From Azolla caroliniana (taxonomy: Eukaryota > Plantae > Polypodiophyta), in assembly GCA_043228905.1 (NCBI GenBank), contig JBHGNT010000002.1:26288001-26352000 (forward strand): a stretch of 64,000 nt of DNA, given 5' to 3'. Below, in pieces: positions 53,101 to 62,735 of the stretch. Under the pieces are notes generated by a model. It ran no database searches. It was not told the DNA's origin and saw nothing but the letters and a program-made list of their open reading frames with translations. The position numbers and the translations under genes were made by a program. Every line of letters begins with the position of its first letter. Within the stretch, counting starts at the first letter, position 1.

Positions 53101-53781
53101 GCAGTCGTACGGCCGATGATGAGGAAGTGTGTTGGCTTGTACTTTATCGAACACATCAGCATACTGACGATACTTCTCGGGAAGTTGAACGGTGGACTCC
53201 TCTTTGGTGGTGCTGGAGGGTTGTACTGATATTGCAAAGAGAAACATTTCCTCCTTGCGCCCTTCCTCACGCAACTGACGTAGCGAAATGGTTGCAACCT
53301 TCTGGGTAGATCCTTGGGTTTGTCGCAACCGGATTTCCCTTGTCCTCCAATCTATGTCTGGGTCATGTAACTCGAACCATGGTAATCCTAAAACTATGGG
53401 ATGTTCTGGAATACTAATAATATTAAATGATACTACACATGTTAAGTTATCTAGGACAATATTAACGGGTTCCGACTCTTCTATGATATTACCAGAAGCA
53501 ATGGGACGACCATCAATGACTACTACTGAGGCTGGACATGGGAGCTTTCTGAGAGATATCTGATGAGCTCGGGCAAAATTCCTATCCATGAAGCAAGAAT
53601 TAGCTCCGGAATCTAGAAGGGCTAAGGTATGTACTGGAGGGGTTCTTTTAGTACTAACTGCTACTTGGACTACGAACACATCACTAACTTGCTTAGAGGG
53701 AATGGAACCACTAATGGGCTGCACAGATCTAGGGCTGTCCAACCAAACGGCTCCTATTTTGGCTGGACTTAGTCGTTTAAC
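50185..53781 (-). CDS. Pol polyprotein (PR-RT-RNaseH-integrase-chromodomain), probably expressed by -1 frameshift from gag
   Basis: Protease LLDSGA; RT VDYRGLN, KTAFRTRYGHFEY and YLDD; RNaseH ADASDFALG and DHKNL; integrase H..H..C..C, DFITDLP, SDRGPQF, QTDGQAERTNQ and GPF; chromodomain EYEVAAILDS..YLVDWLGY..WEP. The annotated start at 53742 is TTG, not ATG. Confidence 0.96.
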   Translation of the reverse strand, partial: VKRLSPAKIGAVWLDSPRSVQPISGSIPSKQVSDVFVVQVAVSTKRTPPVHTLALLDSGANSCFMDRNFARAHQISLRKLPCPASVVVIDGRPIASGNIIEESEPVNIVLDNLTCVVSFNIISIPEHPIVLGLPWFELHDPDIDWRTREIRLRQTQGSTQKVATISLRQLREEGRKEEMFLFAISVQPSSTTKEESTVQLPEKYRQYADVFDKVQANTLPHHRPYDCAIDLQPGKEPPWGPIYNLSPTELEVLRAYIEENLENGFIRHSKSPAGAPIFFVKKKDGSLRLVVDYRGLNKVTVRNRYALPLISSLLERINGARFFTKIDLRGAYNLVRIRPGDEWKTAFRTRYGHFEYTVMPFGLTNAPAVFQHMANDIFRDLLDDFLIIYLDDLLVYSKTQEEHDSHVLLVLKRLREHGLYAKLEKCSFGCNQVEFLGYVISSEGISMDPAKVKTMIEWHTPRSVRDVQCFLGFANFYRKFIQNYSKIVLPLTQLTRKGQSFIWSKETDMAFESLKKAFTSAPILGHVDPEKPFIIEADASDFALGSILSQQGNDEKLHPVAFHSRKFDAAEINYEIHDKELLAIVDSFMQWRHFLEGSPHQVTVFSDHKNLAYFQDARVLNRRQARWAHFLTRFDFKITYRPGKHQGKADALSRRSYLTPRPGEPAFDNQKQVILGPARLQAAQIFDMPVDSDITNTIREDLKTDAFAQAILAQIDPSRASCSQSQSPGTDYRQFKYCDGLLFFKELLYVPNGSCRLRVVQNCHDTYTAGHFGSTKTLDLVQRSFWWPRMRQFVEDFVRTCDTCCRAKMPRHHPYGLLEPLPIPSKPWQSIALDFITDLPVSKGFSAILTVVDRYTKMAHFLPCTKEISSEDTAEIVMREVCRHHGLPDNIISDRGPQFVSKFWKHLFKMLKVTCNLSSGYHPQTDGQAERTNQTLEQYLRCFLNYHQNDWADILPFAEFAYNNAIHASTKVTPFYAYTGYHPRWCVLETPEVSTNPCTEDRLERLRKIQADLSTQLQQAQQSHKDYADRHRLPSSFNIGDRVWLLRRHIKTTRPCEKLDYRRLGPFRIIGKINDVAFRLELPPQLRIHPVFHSSLLEPYHESTIPGRTIQPPPPIELEDGPEYEVAAILDSKIVRNKLYYLVDWLGYSPSERIWEPIKNVTNARALLEDFHRRYPEKPGPQSKTTRETRRFKGGIVS

Positions 53782-54938
53782 TCTTCTTCTAATTGGCTAA
53801 GGACATCAAATTTGTTTGCGAGATTCGGACTATTAGTACTATTAGGACTATTATGACTATGAGGATTATCAGAGATTCCTACTGACATAGACTCGGGTTT
53901 AGTATAGTCAGAACTAACAATGACTTGGTTTACCTGCCTTCTTGGTCTATGGGGACAGTTTATCGCGATATGCCCTGGTCCACCGCAATAAAGGCATAAT
54001 CGGTTTGTTCGGCGTCGTTGCTTTTCCTCCTCCGATAGCGGCCCACGACGACGTGTAGTGTCAATTTCCATTGGAGTTGGAGTACTTACTGGAGGCGCAT
54101 TATGTGACTCCCTTTGAAAAGGTTTCGCTACCATTGAGGCATAGGTAGGCTCGGATCTTGCCCTCGGCATCTGAAATTGTCGTTCCGAACGTCGCTCGAA
54201 GAGGCGGTTGTCACATCTGACCGCTCGACTGATTGCTTCTGTTAATGATTTTGGCTCTTCAGGGAAAGTCAAGAGTAAATCCTTGACATCGTTGCGTAGA
54301 CCATAGCGGAACTGCTCCATCAATGCTTGATCATCCCAGGGGATATCGGCGGCGAGTAGGCGGAAATCTGCAGCATATGCGGAGGCTGGATGGTCACCTT
54401 GGCGTAATCGCCGGATTTTGTTGATTGCAGTCCTTATGCTGTCAGTATCTCCAAAACATGCTTTAAACTCACTTATGAATTCTTCAAAATTATTTAGTAC
54501 TGGAGATTCCTTTTCTAGTAGCGGAGCGAACCATGCTAATGCTGAGCCATTTAACAACGTGCCTACTAAACCCACTCGTGATGCATCGGTGGGATATCGG
54601 GACGGATGCATTTGAATAACTAACCGTACCTGGTTAAGAAACCCTCTAAACTGCGATCGCGTTCCATCGAACTTCGTGGGAAGGCCAATCTTGGGTTCTT
54701 TATGAATCCCTTGTGCTCCGTGCCCTTGTTGTTGCATTGCTACGATGGTTGCTTCGAGTTGTTGCACGCGTAACGCAAGTTCCCCATGCTGTTGTTGCGT
54801 TTGCTGCTTTTCTAAGGAAATTTGCTGAAGATCCCCCAACAAGCGTTGATTTTCTTGTTCCAAAGCATGAAACTTCTCTTTCAAGCATTGAAATTCCGAG
54901 AAAACGGATTGATACTCTTCAGCGCTAACGGTGGCCAT
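53769..54938 (-). CDS. Gag (coiled-coil N-terminus, capsid, CCHC zinc knuckle)
   Basis: EPKIGLPTKFDG..FRGFLNQ, LRQG, FRYGL..VKD, PTPMEID, CLYCGGPGHIAINC. Confidence 0.96.
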   Translation of the reverse strand: MATVSAEEYQSVFSEFQCLKEKFHALEQENQRLLGDLQQISLEKQQTQQQHGELALRVQQLEATIVAMQQQGHGAQGIHKEPKIGLPTKFDGTRSQFRGFLNQVRLVIQMHPSRYPTDASRVGLVGTLLNGSALAWFAPLLEKESPVLNNFEEFISEFKACFGDTDSIRTAINKIRRLRQGDHPASAYAADFRLLAADIPWDDQALMEQFRYGLRNDVKDLLLTFPEEPKSLTEAISRAVRCDNRLFERRSERQFQMPRARSEPTYASMVAKPFQRESHNAPPVSTPTPMEIDTTRRRGPLSEEEKQRRRTNRLCLYCGGPGHIAINCPHRPRRQVNQVIVSSDYTKPESMSVGISDNPHSHNSPNSTNSPNLANKFDVLSQLEEELND

Positions 54939-55160
54939 GGGATGAAGGAAAAGGGAAATAAGAGACTAGTAGGAAAGGAGAGAGACAGAAGGAAGAGGGA
55001 GACTAGTAGGGAGAAATCGGTTCAAACTGTCAGGAACTCTATTAAGGCAGAGAAGGAATTAGTACTAAAAGAAGGATTAGTACTATTGTTGGGGAATAGT
55101 ACTAAGACAGAGAAGGATTAGTACTATGAGAGGTGTCGAACTTTGAGAGAAGGAATGAGT

Positions 55161-55206
<46 letters not shown>

Positions 55207-55325
55207 TGATGCGAAAGATATATGTATTATATGACGGAAGATATACAACAGTAGTTAGAAGGCTTAAGACTGGCGTTGAACCGATTTGGTTCGAACTAAT
55301 GCCTTGCGCCTCCTTTTATAGTGTC

Positions 55326-55378
55326 TTCAGGAATACTCCTGAAGTTTCTAGAATGTTCCAGAGAAATCTGGAATATAC
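55326..55378. promoter_or_regulatory. Extended heat-shock element array in LTR U3 (second copy at 50022-50074)
   Basis: TTC ag GAA ta CTC ct GAA gt TTC ta GAA tg TTC ca GAG aa ATC tg GAA ta TAC: 11 phased alternating pentamers, 7 of them perfect. Confidence 0.8.
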
Positions 55379-55425
55379 ATCAATTTCCTAATAAAACCTA
55401 AATGAAAATAATATCCTTCAAATTA

Positions 55426-55496
55426 CAACTCATAACCTAATGGTAAAGTCTCGACCCGTGTAACAAAAGGTTATGGGTTCGAGTCTAGTTATGACA
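55426..55496 (+). promoter_or_regulatory. tRNA-derived Pol III A/B-box module at the U3 tip of the LTR (second copy at 50122-50192)
   Basis: A box TAACCTAATGG (55433), B box GGTTCGAGTCT (55476), canonical spacing, AGGTT variable-loop-like segment. Confidence 0.6.
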
Positions 55497-58400
55497 GCTA
55501 CCGTCCCATACTTCCACCATAGAGAAGAACCGGTGTCACCAAAGTGTCAATAAGATATTTCTCAAGGACCCAACACTTAGTATCTCCACGATTGCATGTG
55601 TTGTCAAATGCATAGTATGCTCACTTACCCACCTCTAATCAGCGTGTAACACATTCATTCCATTTATGATTTGAAGGAACGTCGAGGCCAATATATTTGA
55701 AGCTTTCCACACATTCAAGTGGCTCATTGTTGTACATAATGCATGGTTCATCTCTTTTTTGGCTATTCACAAACATAATCTTTGTTTTAGAGCTATTGAC
55801 ACTTAATTTACTATGCATGCAAAAAATTTCCAATGCCTTCATAAGCTTTTGTGCATCTCCTAAAGTATTTGCAAAAAGCACTACATCATCTGCATATAGC
55901 AAAAGCATAATCACGACATTCCCAATGGCAACTTCTTCAACACATTCTACCTTTACAAACTTGGTAACCATTTCTTCCAATTCATCAATGCATAGAGAGA
56001 GACACAGAGCGAGAGAGGAGACTAAGAAGTTATAACAAGTTGTTTTTTCATATAATTGTGTGTTATTACCCAAAAAATACGAGGGGTGCATCGAGGATGT
56101 GATTTAAGTTATCACTCCATTTATCTATATCATTGATTATTTATTAGGTTTAGGTGATGATAGAACAAACAATGCTTGGGGTGGAGGGATGCCCACATGC
56201 ATTGTTTTTTTCATAAGCAATTGTTTGTAGTTATTGTTTTGTCTCGCAATGTTAGGTGATTGTCTAGTCCCTCAAAATGGAGACTTTGTGGCATTATGGT
56301 TTATAAATGAAAACGTATACAATTTGATCTTATGATGATATTTCCCCTCTACGTGATTGTTGTACTTAAGCATTGCATGGTATAGATTTTTCATATGGAT
56401 GGACTTTGTCATGCAATACTGAGTTCACTATACAAGTGGTTTTAGACAATGTTAGAGGCTAATGCACATTCATCGATTGATGTCGAGGAAGTCATATACG
56501 TGTTGTGCATATCATTCTTTACTCAATAATTGAGGTTTTAAAACTTGAGAACCATTATGACAACTTAAATTGGCTAGTAAATGTTTATCACCCAAAATAA
56601 TCATTCTAGAGTATTACATTATTGTGGGAGAAATTGGTGAACAATATTGCCATTACAAAGATGATTAACATGAAAATAGTCAATGACTTGATTAACTAAT
56701 GAATGGAATTTTAACATCAAGGAAAACAACGCAAGGCCCCCTAGTTATGTATACCTTTCTCAATGTAAGTGCATTTATGAGTAATTTATTTACTCCCCAA
56801 GTAGCAAGGGGGCTTGATTGAAATTTTAGTTCATGTACCACCATTTTACAATAGCACATGGTTTATTATGTTAATGGTCCATATAAAATAGCAATTTTGG
56901 TTTTGAATTTTAGCACTTTACACACGCACCTCCCTTGAAGATGTTTTCACAACAAATGGTGCACCATATATCTTGTTGACATGAGCACCCTCGTGTTATT
57001 CGTTATTTTGAATATCTTGGATTCGCTAAAAAAAGTGACCTAGTATGTCAAATTTGTGGTTTCAAATAGCCAATTACACACACCTTGATGAGTTGTGTTT
57101 TAAGCATTATGACATTTACTTTTGGGAAAGGGATAATGTATTTGGCCTAAAGTAACATCTCGTGGTTCTCTTTTTTGGCACTTGTATGATAGAAAAAAAG
57201 TGATGGAACATCCCAAGTGGACAAGGCAAATTGTTACCAAGGTAATATACCATGATGTAAAATATCCATCAAAGTGTTGGATTCCATATATGTTGGCCAA
57301 ATTGTCTTGTAGGGCTCTTTTTTGTCCCTCAAACGCACACATGCCATAAAATTCCTACCCAAAGACAAGATGGCCTTGGTATGCATCGCGTGCCTCTTTA
57401 AAAAAACATTTATTGGGAACATTATTTGATTATTTACATATAATGTTGCATGTTATAGACACTCTCAAGTCTGAACCAAGGGCGCATATACATAATCATA
57501 GTCTGAAACATGGGTGGATACATTTATAAAAATGTGTAGCATATGCAAAAGTCATTAGTGTGGTGGTGACAATAAGTCAATGGGATATGGATAATAATTA
57601 GAATTGTTTTGGATAAACTGAGAAAAAGTGTATTTTTTGGGGAGTCTCCAAATTAAAGTGGGGGGAAGAATGAGCCATCATAAGACTATGTCAAATCCCA
57701 AAATGTAATATGTCAATGTATGATGATTGACAATTGGATTTCAAACATGGTACAACTTCAAAACTTGGATCCCGTATGCTTCTACTCTTGGCCATCCAAA
57801 TGGAGAACATATTTTATAAAGTAATGTATAAAACAAGAAAAGTAGATATCATTAAGAGATCACAATAGTTTAGGATCATAATGATTAAACGATTAATGAT
57901 AGCGTTGTTAAAGTTGAATTGTGTAATGGTAACCAACTAGGTATTATATAAACACTACCAAAAGGAAACTCAATCATAACATAAATTTGATACCATGAAA
58001 TTATTATTGTTACTTTAGAAAATCGTGTAAGAATTGAGTAACATCTTCTCCTTTCTCTATTTTGCGTATCAACTTGTAATCATATAGGTTTATTGGTGAA
58101 AGAAATATATCTAATTCAAGCGAAAATGATCCACTATCCTTCAAGCGGTGGTGTTTGCAAGAGTTGGAAACCAATAGGTTCCACGTCAAGATTGACCAAC
58201 AACATTATAACCTACTAAACCTCACTGTATTGCCCAAGAAGAATTGATGAGCTTTAGTTACTTGCGTTGTTTGTTAACGTTTCTATTACGTCCCTACTCT
58301 ATTTAGACAAGTTGCAATGACACATGATGGCTAGGTGATATCGTAAATAATAAACTATGATTCATCGTTCAAATATCTATTGAGCACTACTCTTGGATTC

Positions 58401-59748
58401 TAGTTTTTGGTCTTCGACGCCCTCCCTCGTTGATCGCTAGTACAATATGTGTTCATTGACTTAGATTGGCTCTATGGTTGCTAGCTCAACGTCTAAAGGA
58501 AAATTCCATATTGATTTTATGGCTCTTAGGCTCCAAACTGGAGGAAGAACCCATATTTGTTCGAATGCTAAAAGGGGATGAAATGTCCACCTTTTATTTA
58601 TTTATATACATAAATTGTTGTGTTCATATCATGGTTTCAACTATGGGTGCTTAAAAGTGGTACATAACTGGGCGAACTTTTATATGACATAAAACATGAA
58701 ATATGCCATTATGCAAATAAAAGCATTAAAAGCTCGTTGAGGCATGATGACATGTCATTCTCCCACCATTCAAGTTACTTGCTTGTTGGGTCACGTAAAT
58801 AGGAGCCATTTTCATTCCTTAATAATCTTGATTTTATATTGATGTTACAATTGTGGGATTTTGGTTGTTACACACTTGTTGGATGGAAAGCACTATGGCA
58901 CAATCTCTATGATTGTGTGTTACATATTACGTAGACGAACCCAAACATTGGCATGCTAAAACTCTAGTGGCCAATTTAGTGATAGATCTTGATCTTTACT
59001 CAAGTGTGAGATCAATAATGTCATACACCTCTTCGAGAAGCAACACAATAAAGAGAATAACGAAAACTTTATATCATTGGTAAAAATATGGCATCCCCAT
59101 TTTATTGAACTAGAAATGTTGGGGTTAAGCATTTGGAGGGGACGACGTGGCAATGGTCGGGATCACCTCATCACTCGCCACTTCTATCCAAGATGGACGG
59201 GGATCCAAAATCCCTAGTGATCAAAAGTGAGGTTGGTGACACCCAATCCAACACCAGAGGACTTGTTCTTCAAGCGAGTTATGTCATTATCTTTGTTGGT
59301 GTTAGTGGCGTTGTTTTGCTCCTCGAGGGTGGCCAACCTTCGATACAACAGATCAATTATCATAGCTACAAAAGTAGGCAATAAATCACTCTCTTGCAAG
59401 TATAGATACTCCTACATCTAACTCCTAAACAATAGGATGTAAACAATAGTGGATCAAACATGAAGCATTCAATCACAGACCGTGGCAAATCATCAGCTCC
59501 CATATAATCTTCAATATGAAATGAATTGTTGCCATGAGCTACACCTCATTCGGTACACACAAGGCACACTCCCCCAACCTTTCTCGCGACCAAACGAAAT
59601 GGCAGACGTATGTGTTGTCCGTGACACTAGAGAACACGAGGAGCGGAGGATCACACATCATGGCCATGGACATGTCTACCACTACTTCAAATTTCTTCTT
59701 CTTCTTCTACTACTACTACTACTACTACACATATAATAAATATTACCA

Positions 59749-62735
59749 ATGACCCATTTTCACACTCTGTTTCTACACTTTGCTTTTTATATGAGTTTTC
59801 CCTCAATTGAACTACCTTGTGGGTTTCTCAGAGGACCCTCTCTGAGCCCTTATACGTTGCCTCCAATTCTGATCAAGCCTCTTGGAATCAGAAGACCACT
59901 GATGGATATTAAATCCAACAGCAACAACCACAACAACAAGGAGAAGAAGCCACTGCTTGATGCAGAGCTAGATGCAGAATGGGGCACACCCAAGCTCAGA
60001 AAGGTAGCTACTAATCTTCTTTCGTACGAAGCTCCCATAAACTTTCTTGGCTTAGAAGAAGATGAAGATGAAGCTGATGGTTATGTCGATGGGCGTGGAG
60101 GAAAAGCTTGTATATCTGAAGAGATCCTCAAAGTTTTGCCCAAAAACATAGGTAAAAAGAAAGCTGCTGTTTTAGTTTGTCTTTTCCAGGACGAAGAAGG
60201 AAAGCTCAGAGTCATCTTGTCAAGAAGAGCAAAATCTCTTTCTTCACATTCAGGTATGTTGTGCTTCATTTCAGTATATACTTATAGAATTAGATTTTTT
60301 TGTTTTGTCTTATGTCAATAGAAGGAAAAACAAAACGTGAATAGAGAGACAGATAGACGAATTACAAAGGATAAACAAGATTAGGGATGTAAACAAAAAT
60401 ATGGAAGTAGCGAAAGAAAGAACGAGAGTGGAAACACTCACACACATAGGTAAACATGACCATGAGAGACCACAATATTATCCATTAAGAGGCCATGGCA
60501 AGGATCAATCTTGTCTCTCTCAATTTGTTACATTCGATGCTGCAGTGTAAATCACACTGAGAAAACTGGTAAATAGAGAGAGGTAGATTTTATTGTTTTA
60601 TTCTCTGGTCAAATATGACTGATGGAACCAAAGCAAGACATTTTCATATAGTATGTGTGGAGTTGATTAGTGACTCTTGGTGCTCAAGAATTTTACTGAT
60701 GAATGTAGCCTTGTGCACATGCAATTGGCACACACACAATCTGACACTTCCTTGATCTGATTCATTGCTTCCTGAGTCAGGAATATCATTTCGACCCCTT
60801 TGATTATGCAAGTTGCAACGATCTCTTGGAATGGTCATGTAGGAATTCCTTTCCACATCCGTTGATCTGACCACCTGGTGACATCTTTCATTGTTACATA
60901 TTTTTTCTTTCACAGTCATTAAACAGTTGAGCTCTCCAAACAGTCAACATACCCTTCTAAACTATGGCCCAATTGGCAAAAAATGCATTTGTATTTGCTT
61001 TCACTCTCTTAAATTCTCTCTTGATCCAGAAATCACAATTATATGTACCTGAAAATGATTGCAGCATGACATAGATCGGGGAAAAGGCCTATTCGATGTA
61101 TATCTAGCTCTTGTTTCTCTAATCGAACAAGCACACGGCAATATATTTATTCCAGTTAGTAACAATTACTGCTAACTTATTTGTTCAGTTTTCCTATGTT
61201 AGTATAATTGATGGAACAAACACAAGATGATATATTTATTCTAATCGGTAACAATAACTGCTAACTGATTTGTTCAGTTTTCCTATATTAGTATTAATTT
61301 CTCACACAAGTTTTATTTATGTGAAGGCGAAGTTGCATTGCCAGGTGGAAAAAGAGACAAGGAAGATGCAAACAATGCTGAAACTGCTTTAAGAGAAGCA
61401 CGTGAAGAAATCGGATTAGATTCATCACTAGTTCGAGTTGTTGCCTGCATTGAGCCCTTTCTATCGAAAGTAAAATACCTTTGTTTCAAAGAGAACTGAT
61501 CTTTTGTCATATGCATTGTTTTTAAAGATCACTAATTCTCCCTCGTGTTTCGGTTATATAGCATTTATTAAGAGTGACTCCAGTTGTGGCTCTAGTGCCT
61601 GATAGGAGTAACCTGCAATTTACTCTAAATCCAAGTGAAGTTGATGCAGTTTTCGATGCGCCACTAGAGATGTTTTTAAAGGTAACTAATTGTTCTCTTA
61701 ACCGTTTTTTCAGTTGGTATTATCTTCTATCATAAGTTCCTGAAGGTTGGACTTGCTCATGAATATAAAATTGAAATTATTGCTATTACATTTTGAAAGA
61801 AAAGATGTATGGATCAAGGTGAATCCACTATTTGAAAATCCTTCTATATATTGTGATGATTAGAAATTTAGAAAGCGATGAGTTTTTGATAAAGCTCTGT
61901 CTTTATATTGTACGGGTTGTAACTTGTAAGTTTAAACTTTTTGTAACTTCATGCATAGGGTTTGGGAAGGAAGTAGCTGAGGTAGGAGTATTACTCGCAA
62001 CCAAGTTTGCCAGTTCTTAGCCCATTCTGTATACTTGTTTAAGAAATTCCATATGTGTTTATCTTGCTTGTCTCTCATGGATAATGCTGGAAAGGGAAGG
62101 GGGGGCTCCCTTGTGGGTGTTCTGCTGGTGTGATAAAGTGCCATCCTATACCCTTTGACTGTAGTCTTACGCAGAGTGTATGAGAGAATGAGGGTTAGCT
62201 ACATTTTATATTAAATTAAAACTGTAGTTCTCTAAGCGAAGTTAGTCTTCACTTCAAGCCACTGAAATTTATCTGCATCTGCTCCTGCTGTATCATTTCA
62301 TCTGTTTTAAAACGTCATCTGTACTCTACTATTGTCATTTTTCATGTTGCATCCTTTATAGCACACACAAAAATGTAGAAAATTTTGGAATTGTAGGCAT
62401 TATTAAAAGCCAGTGAGATACATGGAAAATGAAAATTTATGTGAAACTATATGCTTTTGTTACAGCTTCAAAGTCTCGTTTATTAATAATATATATATTT
62501 TATTTGGCAGGATGAAAATCATCGGTGTGAGGAAAGGGAGTGGGTTGGATTGTCTTATCGGGTTCACTATTTTGACTTTGTTGTCAATGATGAAAAGTAT
62601 CTTATATGGGGTTTGACTGCGTCAATATTAATACGGTGTGCATCGATCGTTTATCAACGATCTCCAGAGTTTGTTGATTCACCAGCATTTGTGCCCATCA
62701 CCAACCATGTTCCGATACAATCCTCTCATGGATAA
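59749..62735 (+). CDS. Nudix hydrolase, CoA pyrophosphatase type (NUDX11/15/22, NUDT7-like), 4 exons; start codon uncertain (59749, 59791 or later)
   Basis: Exons: up to 60253 (KKAAVLVCLF..LSRRAKSLSSHS), 61327-61469 (GEVALPGG, Nudix box GGKRDKEDANNAETALREAREEIGL), 61562-61681 (NPSEVDAVFDAPLEMFLK), 62511-62735 (IWGLTASILIR). All junctions are GT-AG and in phase. Confidence 0.93.
61141..61300. repeat. 89-bp tandem duplication just upstream of the Nudix exon-2 acceptor
   Basis: atatatttattc..gtaacaat.actgctaact.atttgttcagttttcctat.ttagtat at 61141 and 61230. Confidence 0.85.

Larger units (their letters stand above)
49726..55496 (-). mobile_element. Full-length intact Ty3/gypsy chromovirus (Tcn1/Tf1-sushi-like)
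   Basis: TG..CA LTRs at 55028-55496 (5') and 49726-50192 (3'). 5-bp TSD GCTAC at 49721-49725 and 55497-55501. PPT AAAGGGGGGA at 50205-50196. Open gag and pol. Confidence 0.98.
55028..55496 (-). repeat. 5' LTR (469 bp)
   Basis: TG...CA termini; TATAAAA at 55320-55314 on the - strand. Confidence 0.97.
48822..55994 (-). mobile_element. 5'-truncated RTE/L2-like LINE, split by the LTR element (pieces 55502-55994 and 48822-49720)
   Basis: RT LLLYADDVVLF..LSVNSSKTKIM..VESFKYIG. The frame EVWDG|SIPKSTWNEFENV rejoins across the GCTAC TSD. C-terminal RLSSHALQCEMGRW..RLCTHC. (ATCT)n tail at 48822-48844. Confidence 0.85.

Noticed and set aside
56100-59420. Degraded transposase or hidden gene between the LINE and the Nudix gene
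   Set aside because: Only short ORFs with no convincing motif or splice-consistent model.
62724-62735. Peroxisomal PTS1 on the Nudix hydrolase
   Set aside because: The C-terminus is SHG, which lacks the terminal L/M/I of a PTS1.
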